A stretch of DNA of 64,000 nucleotides from NCBI GenBank assembly GCA_965242725.1, contig CBDESZ010000003.1:32001-96000 (forward strand), written 5' to 3'. A program made the translations under genes and the position numbers. Positions 9,458 through 19,315 of this stretch are shown piece after piece. The notes beneath the pieces were generated by a model. It ran no database searches and was not told the DNA's origin. It saw nothing but the letters and a program-made list of their open reading frames with translations. This DNA is from Alkalispirochaeta sp. Lineage in GTDB: Bacteria > Spirochaetota > Spirochaetia > DSM-27196 > Alkalispirochaetaceae. The stretch's first letter is position 1. Each line of letters begins with the position of its first letter.

Positions 9458-10467
9458 ACGAAAAACGAATCCTCATAACGGGCGGAACCGGTTCTTTTGG
9501 TCAGAAATTTACCCGTCGCATTCTTACTGAGTTTAATCCCAAAAGGATCATTATCTACTCTCGGGATGAATATAAACAGTATGTCATGCGGGCCACGTTC
9601 GAGAACGAGTTTGGAAAGGATGTTGTAAAAGAAAAACTACGCTTCTTTATTGGTGACGTTCGCGACCGAGAACGTCTTTACCGCGCATTTGACGGGGTAG
9701 ATGTGGTTATTCACGCAGCCGCGCTCAAACACGTCACCGTTGCAGAGTATAATCCAATTGAGGCGGTGCGGACCAACATTGATGGGGCGTCCAACATCAT
9801 AGATGCCGCCATCGATCGTGGTGTTGAGCGTGTTGTAGCGCTTTCGACGGACAAGGCTGTCAATCCGGTCAATCTCTATGGGGCTACAAAGCTCGTTTCG
9901 GATAAGCTTTTCGTGTCGGGCAATGCCTACGCAGGCGGAAAGAAAACGACTTTTAGTGTTGTTCGATATGGAAATGTAACCGGAAGTCGTGGTTCCGTTG
10001 TTCCTTTCTTTGCAAAGCTCATCAAAAGAGGTGTCAAAGAACTCCCCATCACGGATCTGCGGATGACCCGATTCTGGATCACCCTCAATCAGGGAGTTGA
10101 TCTGGTCTTTCACGCCTTGGAACATGCACTGGGCGGGGAGATATTCGTGTCCAAGATCCCTTCGTACACGGTAGCCGATCTCGCACGGTCGATGGCGCCG
10201 GATGCAGATCTCAAAGAGATCGGTATCAGGGAAGGAGAAAAACTTCATGAGGTGATGATCACTCCCGAGGACTCCCGGCTGACCTACGACTACGGAGATT
10301 ATTACATTATCTATCCTCACTTTGAATGGTGGAACAAGGACTGCCATTTCACACCCGGGGGGAAGCTTGTCGCTGAGGGCTTCCGATATTCATCAGACGA
10401 GAACGCACAGTGGCTATCAGTTGAAGAGATGCGCGCGCGTCTCAAGTCTATTGAGCTGGTGTACTAA
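9451..10467 (+). CDS. pseB: UDP-GlcNAc 4,6-dehydratase (inverting)
   Basis: ITGGTGSFG, YSRDEYKQ, HAAALKHV, LSTDKA, YGATKL, RYGNV.GSRGSV, MTRFWI. TTG start with AGGAG RBS. Confidence 0.93.
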   Translation: MLDEKRILITGGTGSFGQKFTRRILTEFNPKRIIIYSRDEYKQYVMRATFENEFGKDVVKEKLRFFIGDVRDRERLYRAFDGVDVVIHAAALKHVTVAEYNPIEAVRTNIDGASNIIDAAIDRGVERVVALSTDKAVNPVNLYGATKLVSDKLFVSGNAYAGGKKTTFSVVRYGNVTGSRGSVVPFFAKLIKRGVKELPITDLRMTRFWITLNQGVDLVFHALEHALGGEIFVSKIPSYTVADLARSMAPDADLKEIGIREGEKLHEVMITPEDSRLTYDYGDYYIIYPHFEWWNKDCHFTPGGKLVAEGFRYSSDENAQWLSVEEMRARLKSIELVY

Positions 10468-10481
10468 AGGTTAATTCGAAA

Positions 10482-11642
10482 ATGAGCGATATGCCCTTCC
10501 TTCCTTACGGAAGACAGTCTATTGACAAGGATGATATCGATGCGGTGAGCCGCGTTCTGCAATCTGATTATTTGACAACAGGACCCGAGATTACAGCATT
10601 CGAGGACGAACTGTGTGCTTACACGGGGGCGAAGTATGCGGTAGCCGTGGCGAATGGTACGGCGGCACTCCATTTGGCAGTTCTGGCTTTGGAGTTGCCG
10701 GAAGGTTCAACGGGGATCACTTCTCCAAACACCTTTGTCGCCACAAGTAACGCACTGATCTACGCAGGACATACGCCAGCTTTCGTCGATATCGACCCGA
10801 GAAGTTATGCAATGAGCCATGAGGCGCTTGCCGAAGCAATGAAGCGAGATAAGGCCGAAGTTGTGCTACCTGTACACTTTGCTGGTCACACCGCCGGTGT
10901 GGAGATGATCTCTCGTATTGCCCGCAAATACGGGGCAAATGTGATCGAAGACGCAGCACATTCAATTGGTGGCCGCTATCTAGACGGTTCGCGAGTTGGA
11001 TCGTGTAGCCACTCGGACATGACGACATTTTCTTTTCACCCGGTAAAGACGATGACCACCGGAGAAGGTGGAGCGATAACAACGAACGACGTGGGCTTAT
11101 ACCGTCGGCTCATGACGTTGCGTACACACGGGATAACCCGGGATACGGAACAACTCACACAGAATCCCGGACCGTGGTATTACGAGATGCAGATGCTAGG
11201 ATTCAATTACCGTATGACCGATATGCAAGCAACGTTGGGACGAAGCCAACTCAAGAAGCTTGATCGGTTCGCCTCGCGGCGGCGTGATCTGGTTGCTCGT
11301 TACAACGACGCATTTAGCGATGTTCCTTGGCTGATGACCCCCTGGGAAGAACCGGGCCGCGAAACGGCTTGGCATCTCTATGTGTTGCAGTTTGACTGGA
11401 ATGAAATCGGTATTGATCGTCCTACGGCCATGGAACGACTGCGGGGGCAAGGAGTAGGCACACAGGTTCTCTATATCCCGGTACCGGATCAGCCTTATTA
11501 CCGGGAACATTATGCCGTAAACAGTACGGTAATACCTCATGCTCGGAGATACTACGACCATGCATTGGCGATTCCGCTTTATCCTGAATTAACGGAAAGC
11601 GATCAACAAAGAGTTGTTTCTGCCATTCGGAATCTCGTGTGA
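10482..11642 (+). CDS. pseC: UDP-4-keto-sugar aminotransferase (PLP, DegT family)
   Basis: LPYGRQSI, LTTGP, EDAAHS.G, FSFHPVK.MTTGEGG, GFNYRM.D. Directly follows pseB. Confidence 0.92.
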   Translation: MSDMPFLPYGRQSIDKDDIDAVSRVLQSDYLTTGPEITAFEDELCAYTGAKYAVAVANGTAALHLAVLALELPEGSTGITSPNTFVATSNALIYAGHTPAFVDIDPRSYAMSHEALAEAMKRDKAEVVLPVHFAGHTAGVEMISRIARKYGANVIEDAAHSIGGRYLDGSRVGSCSHSDMTTFSFHPVKTMTTGEGGAITTNDVGLYRRLMTLRTHGITRDTEQLTQNPGPWYYEMQMLGFNYRMTDMQATLGRSQLKKLDRFASRRRDLVARYNDAFSDVPWLMTPWEEPGRETAWHLYVLQFDWNEIGIDRPTAMERLRGQGVGTQVLYIPVPDQPYYREHYAVNSTVIPHARRYYDHALAIPLYPELTESDQQRVVSAIRNLV

Positions 11643-12337
11643 AAAATCTTTGTGTGATCCCCGCTCGCGGTGGTAGTAAACGAATCCCTCGGAAAAACAT
11701 CCGGAAATTTGCGGGAAAGCCGATTATCGCGTGGTCAATCGAGGTAGCCCAGAGGGCTGGCTGTTTCCAACGTATCATTGTATCGACGGACGATAAAGAA
11801 ATAGCAGATATTGCGGAAATACATGGAGCAGAAGTTCCCTTTCTTCGTCCCGAGGAATTATCCGACGATATGACGGGGACCATTCCTGTCGTTGCCCACG
11901 CTGTAGAAGAAATGACTAAACTAGACGGCGCGTACGAAGCAGCATGCTGTATCTATGCAACTGCGCCTTTCACACGGGTCGGGGATCTTCTTACCGGTGA
12001 AGAACTGATTCAAGAAGGATGGTCTTACGCTTTCGCCGCTACTGAGTTTTCAGCACCAATCTTCCGGTCATTTCGCAAGTTGCCAGCCGGTGGTGTCGAG
12101 ATGTTATTTCCTGAACACTTTCAGACACGATCCCAGGATCTGGAATCCACATATCATGATGCGGGGCAGTTTTATTGGGGTACAGTAGAGGCATGGAGAT
12201 CGAACAAAGCGCTTTTCGGTGCGAAATCGGCCGCGATTGAGATACCACGACGATTTGTCCAGGACATCGATACGGAAGAGGACTGGTATATCGCAGAGAA
12301 GATGTTTCAACTGGTGCAGCCCACGATAAAAGACTGA
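11639..12337 (+). CDS. pseF: Pseudaminic acid cytidylyltransferase
   Basis: IPARGGSKRIPRKNI, CIYATAPF, RSQDL...YHDAGQFYWG, QDIDT.EDW. Confidence 0.92.
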   Translation: MKNLCVIPARGGSKRIPRKNIRKFAGKPIIAWSIEVAQRAGCFQRIIVSTDDKEIADIAEIHGAEVPFLRPEELSDDMTGTIPVVAHAVEEMTKLDGAYEAACCIYATAPFTRVGDLLTGEELIQEGWSYAFAATEFSAPIFRSFRKLPAGGVEMLFPEHFQTRSQDLESTYHDAGQFYWGTVEAWRSNKALFGAKSAAIEIPRRFVQDIDTEEDWYIAEKMFQLVQPTIKD

Positions 12338-13326
12338 TGCACGCTACGTTCCTTACGGTCGCTGATCCGCATATTGGTCTCGGCCACCTCTACCGTTGCG
12401 ACGCTCTTGCAACAGCTCTTAATGATCGAGACATAGAGACAACACTGGTTGTTGATTGCCGCAGTGGAAGAGATTGGCTCAATTCCCGTGCGCCGGAAAC
12501 GCGATGGATCGTTGCCCACTGGATGGAAGGTGCGACAACAACCGATGCGGTAATATCAAACGCCAGTCAGGTGATCGTTGATGCGTACGGCATTACGCAG
12601 AATGTTCGCCTGGCGATAGACGATTCCGTTGAATTTCCGATCTATTTTGATGATTACGGCACAAATGTCCCCAAGTCGGGTATTGTGATCAACGGTAGTC
12701 CTGGCGCTCAATTGGTCGGGTATCCTAAGCGCCCCGGCCTCAAACTGTTGTTGGGTACTGATTACCAATTGCTCCGCAAACCTTTTTGGGACCCCACAAA
12801 TCGAACGATACGAACGGATATCGAGTCTGTCGGTGTATTGCTCGGCGGAACCGATCCCCGTGGTATTACCGAGAAAGTACTGGAAATTGTACGGGACGCC
12901 ACTCCTAAGAATGCGCGTGTTTATGCAATTGGAGTTGATTCATATACTGTTAGTCACACGGATATCCATGGGACTGGCCGTCTGACGGCAAGAGGAATGA
13001 AAAACCTTTTCGATCAGCTTGATCTGCTTGTAACGGCGGCAGGACAAACCGTCGCGGAGGCAGTGTCATGTCGACTTCCGACGGTGATGATTCAGACGGC
13101 AAATAATCAGAGATATAATGTTTTAGGATGGACTAAGGAGCATACGGCAACTTTTGCGGGAACAGATGCCGAGATAAAAAGCTCTTCACGATTATCGGAT
13201 ACTGTGATTTCCCTTCGAAGTTTTTCCAGACGAAAGAAATTGTTAGACCAAATGAAGAAGCATTTCGTCACTCAAGGAGCCTGGCGGGTTGCTGACTGGA
13301 TTATTGATCAAAACGCAGATAAATAA
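12337..13326 (+). CDS. pseG: UDP-2,4-diacylamino-trideoxy-altropyranose hydrolase (PseG-like)
   Basis: IGLGHLYRC, YFDD, LLG..Y.LLR..F, LGGTDP, TAAGQT..E, ANNQ. Located in the pse operon. Confidence 0.8.
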   Translation: MHATFLTVADPHIGLGHLYRCDALATALNDRDIETTLVVDCRSGRDWLNSRAPETRWIVAHWMEGATTTDAVISNASQVIVDAYGITQNVRLAIDDSVEFPIYFDDYGTNVPKSGIVINGSPGAQLVGYPKRPGLKLLLGTDYQLLRKPFWDPTNRTIRTDIESVGVLLGGTDPRGITEKVLEIVRDATPKNARVYAIGVDSYTVSHTDIHGTGRLTARGMKNLFDQLDLLVTAAGQTVAEAVSCRLPTVMIQTANNQRYNVLGWTKEHTATFAGTDAEIKSSSRLSDTVISLRSFSRRKKLLDQMKKHFVTQGAWRVADWIIDQNADK

Positions 13327-13349
13327 GTGAAAAGAGCGGGGGTAGACAC

Positions 13350-14192
13350 CTGAAAATCGTGTTGTTTGGACATGGCGAACTGGCAGTATCGGTGTTCACA
13401 AAACTGAATAGTGAAGGTATTTCAGTCCTATCTGTAGTCGACTCTGAAGGAGAAAACGGTCAACTTTTGTCTTATTCAAGAGAATGTAATATACCGGTAA
13501 CGTCGGTACATCCCAGAAAAGACGAAGAGCGTCTATTCGCTTTTCTTAAAGAATCTGCTGCAACCGCAACGGTATTGCTGAGCGTCAATTTCCGTTACAT
13601 TGTGGGGAAATCTATTCTGAACCGGTTTAGGTGGCCACTGAATATACACGGATCGCTTCTGCCGAAATATCGCGGAAGAACACCCCACGTCTGGGCGATA
13701 ATCAATGGCGAGACGGAAACGGGTGCAACACTTCACGTCATGGACGAAGGGGTAGACACCGGGCCGATTGTCGCTCAGAAGAGTATAACAATCGGACCTT
13801 ATGATACCGGTGCGACTATCCTTGAGCGGTTTAATAAATTGTATCCAGAACTAGTGGTCGAAGGGCTTCAGCGTATTATGAACGGTGGGCATCTCATCGA
13901 ACAGAATGACGCGAACGCGACCTTTTTTGGTCGTCGAACTCCTGAAATGGGATTAGTGGATTTTCGAATGCCGTACGAGAAACTTCATAATTTCGTTCGT
14001 GCGATTGCACCGCCGTATCCGGGCGCATATTGTTATTTGACAGACGGAAAGCGAATTGTTGTCGAGAAAATCACGCTCCGTAACGATCTTGCTATGCTAG
14101 GACTGCCAAAATACTCGCCAAGGGTGGTTGCAGATATGATTTTGGTTCGTAATGACGATGGTGTCATCCAACTTCACGAGGCTAAGGGGTAG
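13350..14192 (+). CDS. N10-formyl-THF-dependent sugar N-formyltransferase (likely CTG start at 13350; GTG at 13359 alternative)
   Basis: NIHGSLLPKYRGRTP, WAIINGE.ETG.TLH.MD.G.DTG, VRA..PPYPGA. CTG start gives the family-typical MKIVLFG. Confidence 0.88.
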   Translation: MKIVLFGHGELAVSVFTKLNSEGISVLSVVDSEGENGQLLSYSRECNIPVTSVHPRKDEERLFAFLKESAATATVLLSVNFRYIVGKSILNRFRWPLNIHGSLLPKYRGRTPHVWAIINGETETGATLHVMDEGVDTGPIVAQKSITIGPYDTGATILERFNKLYPELVVEGLQRIMNGGHLIEQNDANATFFGRRTPEMGLVDFRMPYEKLHNFVRAIAPPYPGAYCYLTDGKRIVVEKITLRNDLAMLGLPKYSPRVVADMILVRNDDGVIQLHEAKG

Positions 14193-14196
14193 TTTT

Positions 14197-15207
14197 ATGG
14201 GAGTTTTCATAGTCGCTGAGTTGTCAGCAAATCACCGTCATCAAATCGAGACGGCACGATCAACAATCAAAGCAATAGCGGAAACGGGAGCCGACGCGGT
14301 CAAACTGCAAACCTATACCGCTGATACCATAACTATAGATCACGATGGTCCGGAATTTCTGGTCGCTACCAAAGGTACAATTTGGGAAGGACGTACACTC
14401 TACGATCTGTACCAAGAGGCGTATACACCATGGGAATGGCATGCAGAATTGAAAGAACTTGCCGAGTCGCTGGGTCTCACCTTCTTTTCGAGTCCCTTTG
14501 ATCCGACGGCTGTCGATTTTCTTGAAGACCTCGACGTCCCGATGTACAAGATTGCTTCGTTCGAAATTACCGATATTCCGCTAATCGAGTACACTGCTTC
14601 CAAAGGTAAACCGATGATTATTTCTACCGGTATCGCTGATGCAGGAGACATACAGCTTGCGGTGGATGCGTGCCGCAAGATGGGAAACAACGACATCACA
14701 CTGCTCCAGTGCACCTCAAGCTATCCGGCACCGGTTGAACTTGCCAACCTGCGTATGATCCCTAATTTAGCGGAAACGTTCGGTGCGAAGTCGGGACTGT
14801 CAGATCACACGCTTGGTTCAACCATTGCTGTCGCTGGTACGGCATTGGGCGCCTCGATGGTTGAGAAGCATTTCATCTTGGATAGAAATCTCGGAGGACC
14901 TGACGCAATGTTTTCGATGGAACCAAATGAATTTAAGAATATGGTGGATGAGATCCGTGTTGTTGAGAAAGCATTGGGCAAGGTAGATTACAGTCTCACG
15001 TCCAATAAAAAGACAAGTCGAAAGTTCGCTCGTAGCCTGTATGTGGTACAAGATGTTCCCTCTGGATTAAAACTCACACACGAGAATGTGAGGTCAATTC
15101 GCCCCTCTAATGGAATACATCCGAAGTATTTGTCGGACGTTTTAGGAAGACGGGCCACACGGGATCTGAAAAAAGGTGGGCCGTTAAAGTGGAAGACAAT
15201 TGATTGA
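14197..15207 (+). CDS. pseI: Pseudaminic acid synthase
   Basis: IVAELSANH, KLQTYTADT.T, LY..AYTPWEWH, KIASFEI.D, CTSSYP, GLSDHT, SAF domain. Confidence 0.92.
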   Translation: MGVFIVAELSANHRHQIETARSTIKAIAETGADAVKLQTYTADTITIDHDGPEFLVATKGTIWEGRTLYDLYQEAYTPWEWHAELKELAESLGLTFFSSPFDPTAVDFLEDLDVPMYKIASFEITDIPLIEYTASKGKPMIISTGIADAGDIQLAVDACRKMGNNDITLLQCTSSYPAPVELANLRMIPNLAETFGAKSGLSDHTLGSTIAVAGTALGASMVEKHFILDRNLGGPDAMFSMEPNEFKNMVDEIRVVEKALGKVDYSLTSNKKTSRKFARSLYVVQDVPSGLKLTHENVRSIRPSNGIHPKYLSDVLGRRATRDLKKGGPLKWKTID

Positions 15208-15399
15208 TCATTTCTTGCACTGGGTGGATTTAACTAAATGGTATTATTGTGACTCTTCCGGAACCTTGTTCAGGCCGCTGGGTAGCTTTTTGAAGCAATT
15301 CGATTAGTTGGGGACTAACTCGTTGGGACAGATGTCTTTTTTGGCGAGATTAGACTCACCCCATATGGCGTTGATTAATACCATGTCTCAAGGACCATC

Positions 15400-16078
15400 C
15401 TCTACATACAGGGTGACGCGTATCAGGCGCATGAACAACTGGTAAAGGAGGAACCCGGCATTACGCGGATTGGGTGCTTCGCCCATTCCCGAAGGAAGTT
15501 TCACGAGGCTGCGAAGGGGAGTAAGAAAACCGACGCTGCCCATGAGGGGATGAAGTCCATCGGCCAGATCTACCGTATTGAGACGGAGTTGCGTGCATCG
15601 GGTCTCTCGGACGGTGAGTTCTCCTAAAAGCGCCTTGAGCCGGCAGAACCGATCATGGAGAAGTTTCATCAATGGCTGACCAAAAAGCAGTAAGCCGTGG
15701 TTCCTTCAAGTCTACTGGGAAAGGCAGTGAGCTATACGCTCGACGAATGGCCGGCGTTTGTTCGTTACCTCGATCACCCGGCACTCACCCCGGACAATAA
15801 TGCCGCATAGAACGCGATCCGCCCATTTGTTCTGGGCCGGAAGAACTGGTTGTTCTCCGGAAGCCGGAACGGTGCTACCGCCTCATGTGCGATTTAATCA
15901 TTGATCGAGGCCGCGAAACAGAACGGCCTGAACCCGTTTGCGTATCTGAACTATGTCCTTGATCGGGCTCCACGGATAACTGCTGATTCCGAATGGGATG
16001 ATCTACTTCCCGGCAATCTCACCGAAGATATGATCTCGGGTACCTATCCCATACCAGGGCGGTTAATTTGACGGATAC
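15400..16078 (+). mobile_element. IS66-family relic (3' half of tnpC plus right end)
   Basis: Frame from 15403 reads YIQGDAY..GCFAHSRRKF..LGKAVSY..PDNNAA*NAIRPFVLGRKNWLF..SLIEAAK.NGLNP, with stops at 15625, 15691, 15808 and 15895. Ends in GACGGATAC, resembling the IS66 terminal GACGCTTAC. Confidence 0.85.
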
Positions 16079-16367
16079 GAATGGGCTGAACGGAACGACG
16101 TTCGGTTGGAGTTCATTCGACCCGGAAAGCCGACTCAGAACTCCTATGTAGAACGATTCAACCGGACCTATCGGGAGAAAGTACTCGATGCGGTTTTTTT
16201 TTCTTAACGTTGGATGAGGTTCGATCACTGACATGCGATTGGATCTCTCAGTACAATGGGGAGCGTCCCCATCGAGCGCTCGGTAGAGTAACCCCGCTGG
16301 ACTACCGAGGTGCTCATACTGGATCGATCACGAAGTTATTGGCTGCACAAACAGCGGGATGATTACA
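16079..16367 (+). mobile_element. IS3-family transposase relic (integrase-core C-terminus plus probable right end)
   Basis: EWAE...LEFIRPGKPTQNSYVERFNRTYRE.VLD, a frameshift in a T run at ~16200, then YN.ERPH.ALG..TP. Ends ...TTACA. Confidence 0.8.
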
Positions 16368-16475
16368 GTACTGGCCGACGAAAAATGAAAAATCGTAGTG
16401 AAAATGACATTGTAAACGGTGTAATAAGTATAGAATTCGCTTGCGGTTGATCTTTCATAAGTATAGGAGGCAAAG

Positions 16476-18212
16476 ATGCCGGGGTTTTCGGCTATTTTTC
16501 ATTTCGACAAATTACAGAGACGATGGTTGCTAAACTCGGTATCACTGGATAGTCCCGATGGTTTTCAAGAGACACGAATAGACGATTTAATTATTTTCTA
16601 CAAATCTTCTTCCGCTTGGGGCGCTGGTGAATTACAGAACGTCTTCAATTCGTGTTCCGAAGACTGGAGTTTTCATCGTGATCTTATTGCGATTGCATTG
16701 GACCAACGAAGAGGTATTTTGTCCGTACTTAGGGATCCGAGCGGTCGACAATCATTGGCTTACTCACAGATTGGTTCCGAAGTCTTTGTAGCATCGACCG
16801 CGTTCAATGTCGCAAAGCTTTTGCCCAAGACTCCCCCCTTTTCGGAATCGGCCTTAGTAACGTTCCTTAACTATGAGTTTTTAAAGGACCCTGATTCCCT
16901 TTTTGAAGGAGTGTCGTTTTTGCGCCGAGGATGGGAAGTACGTTGGACCGATGCTTCGATTACACCCCGCAAAATACAAAGATATAGTTCCCACACAATA
17001 AATCTGACCAACGAAAAAGATATTGATCGTTCCCGCATATGGGAATCCCTCATCATGGCTCACAAGGAAATCCAAAATCATCCTACGACATTGATGCTAT
17101 CCGGAGGAATTGATTCTGTTCTTACTGCAGTTGTTGCTCACGAACTGAATTCAGACGATCTTACGGCAGCAACTTTTAGAGTTAATGGAGCAGACGACGA
17201 GACGCCTTATGCGAAGGCGGTTGCCGAGACGCTTGGGATTCGACATTCTGTTTTCGATGTCGATCCATATGAAGCAGTAGACTTGTTTCCATTGGTTTCG
17301 ACGTTAGATTTTCCGTATACATCTGGGATGCTCGTTAAATCCATTATAGATCATTCAGATTTTGCCGGAAACCTTTTTGTCTATTCTCAAGATACTCGGC
17401 TTCACACCCCTCACATAAACGTATTTGACAGAATCGCACTTTTCTCCTTGTTACATAGTCGCTATGTGGGAGAAGTTGCGGAAAAGTTCTTTCAATTCGC
17501 ACAAAAACTTGTGCCGGGTAGACTGGGTTCGGAGATCAAGCGAAGAGCAGTTTTTTCGGACCCAGTAGAGTATTTTCTTAGAACGAAATTTCATGAAAAA
17601 GCCGTGCGGGTTGGACGAGTCGATATCCTAGATCTACTTCGGTCAGAACTGAAGAAAAACATTGAAGAAAAGCTTTCCAATACGACAAATGCACGATCCG
17701 TATTCAATAGTATTGTCGATCTCAATTGGGATTGGCAATATACCTGTGATATCACTCATTTAACAGAAGCTACACTTTTTGGAGGAGGAACAGCTTTTTT
17801 CCCATTTTATGATGTCCCTCTGAACAGATTATTTTCAGAGTTAAAGTTCGACGACGTCGCACGACACGTACGTGGAGAGGCCGGTTTCGGCAGACGAACG
17901 AAAAATGTTGATAAACCGGTTGTGAGGGAACTCTTGAAAGGACGGATACCCGAATGGGTGCGTATGCGAGATAAGGCTGTATCCGTTAGCAACCATTTGA
18001 TATTGAATGCTGTTTATGAACGGTACAGTAAGAATATCAAGAGAAGTAGGTTTGCCACGTCCAAGACGGCACGATCTATGAAGCTAGGCAATCTTTATCA
18101 GCTATTGCACCAACGAGGTAGTAGTTGGCATCGTAAGGATTACGAAACAGTGGTTGTTTTACAGAACCTACTTTTTGTTGATTACGTGGCTTCGTTGTTA
18201 GGAATTGAATGA
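16476..18212 (+). CDS. Asparagine-synthase-like amide ligase (no N-terminal Cys)
   Basis: RDP.G...L.Y Ntn-like region, LSGGIDS PP-loop, DE..YA..VA, FPFYD, K...R.LL...P..V..R.K. Starts MPGF. Confidence 0.8.
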   Translation: MPGFSAIFHFDKLQRRWLLNSVSLDSPDGFQETRIDDLIIFYKSSSAWGAGELQNVFNSCSEDWSFHRDLIAIALDQRRGILSVLRDPSGRQSLAYSQIGSEVFVASTAFNVAKLLPKTPPFSESALVTFLNYEFLKDPDSLFEGVSFLRRGWEVRWTDASITPRKIQRYSSHTINLTNEKDIDRSRIWESLIMAHKEIQNHPTTLMLSGGIDSVLTAVVAHELNSDDLTAATFRVNGADDETPYAKAVAETLGIRHSVFDVDPYEAVDLFPLVSTLDFPYTSGMLVKSIIDHSDFAGNLFVYSQDTRLHTPHINVFDRIALFSLLHSRYVGEVAEKFFQFAQKLVPGRLGSEIKRRAVFSDPVEYFLRTKFHEKAVRVGRVDILDLLRSELKKNIEEKLSNTTNARSVFNSIVDLNWDWQYTCDITHLTEATLFGGGTAFFPFYDVPLNRLFSELKFDDVARHVRGEAGFGRRTKNVDKPVVRELLKGRIPEWVRMRDKAVSVSNHLILNAVYERYSKNIKRSRFATSKTARSMKLGNLYQLLHQRGSSWHRKDYETVVVLQNLLFVDYVASLLGIE

Positions 18213-19315
18213 AGACGCAAAAATTCTTGATTATTACAAGTAGCTATTTACCGGTGAAGGGTGGGCTTCAGAATTTTTTAGCAAATTTGTGGGACGGCCT
18301 GGATTCTCGTGGGCACCGGGTCAGTTTATTCTCGGGTACAGAATATATGACACCGATGCAAAAATTACGAGTATCTCAAGGAGAAGTAGAGATATCTGCT
18401 CGATTTTATAGGACGCGAAGTATAAAAGGGTTTACGTTCTTTACTAGTATACGTTTTTGGTGTGATTTGCTACGAAAGTGTGATAACGGTACGATAATCA
18501 ATTTGAACGACGTGCGATTGACTCCAGGAATAATATTGTTATTCGGACGCCTTAAAAGGGCCCGTATATCGATTACGTCACATGGTTTTGTATTCCACAC
18601 ACAAACAAATTTCTTCTTTAAGAAAGTCTTTATGATATGGCTGGGCTTTCTGAGTAACTATCTCGAGAAAGTAATCTGTGTTTCCCCCCAGGATTTAAAC
18701 ACCGCACGACGTTTTCGACTCAAGAATGCAGTTTTGGTCCCCGAGGGAATTGACGTGGATGCTTTTCTTGCAAGCCCAAGGATGCCCAAGAACAATAGAC
18801 TTCTTTATTTCGGACGTATCGCGCCGAACAAGAATCTCGAAAGCATTTTTATCGTTCTGGATAATGATAAGCAAAAGTATGTTCTTGATATAGTTGGAAA
18901 AGGTGAAGTGGTTTATATACAACGATTGAAACAGTTGGCTGACAAGTTAGGCATTTCCGACCGTGTTCATTGGTGGGGGCCGCTTCCCCATGCCGACCTA
19001 CTGAAACGTTTGCACAAATGCGATGCCGTAACACTACCATCAAGTTATGAGGGATTCGGTCTAACTTTTGTTGAGGCTATAGTGGCCGGTTCTGCGGTGT
19101 TGGCCAACGACATCGCAAGTTATCGTTGGATCGCCGAAACAATTCACGCAGAAAATTGCTTGGTTGAATTCGAACGGACGAATGCAGCTCACATCGACAG
19201 ATTGTTGAAGTCATTTACTGGACCCGGATTATATGCAATTCAGGCGCGTGCGTGTGAGTTTTTTTCCAAAGAGGCATTTATTGATCGAATTGAGAAAGAA
19301 TTGGTTGGAAACTAA
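18209..19315 (+). CDS. GT4-family glycosyltransferase
   Basis: YLP..GG, FGRIAPNKNL, LPS.YEGFGL..VEA. Confidence 0.88.
   Translation: MKTQKFLIITSSYLPVKGGLQNFLANLWDGLDSRGHRVSLFSGTEYMTPMQKLRVSQGEVEISARFYRTRSIKGFTFFTSIRFWCDLLRKCDNGTIINLNDVRLTPGIILLFGRLKRARISITSHGFVFHTQTNFFFKKVFMIWLGFLSNYLEKVICVSPQDLNTARRFRLKNAVLVPEGIDVDAFLASPRMPKNNRLLYFGRIAPNKNLESIFIVLDNDKQKYVLDIVGKGEVVYIQRLKQLADKLGISDRVHWWGPLPHADLLKRLHKCDAVTLPSSYEGFGLTFVEAIVAGSAVLANDIASYRWIAETIHAENCLVEFERTNAAHIDRLLKSFTGPGLYAIQARACEFFSKEAFIDRIEKELVGN

Noticed and set aside
15208..15399. ops/JUMPstart element or small gene after pseI
   Set aside because: No exact GGCGGTAG and no convincing ORF. It is probably degraded spacer.
15403..16071. Stop-codon reassignment suggested by four in-frame TAA/TAG without frameshifts
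   Set aside because: Each stop is one substitution from a plausible sense codon of different amino acids, the element is truncated, and neighbouring genes end normally in TAA/TAG.
16476..18212. Lasso-peptide cyclase
   Set aside because: No precursor peptide, B1/B2 protein or RRE seen. The context is a Wzx/Wzy glycan block.
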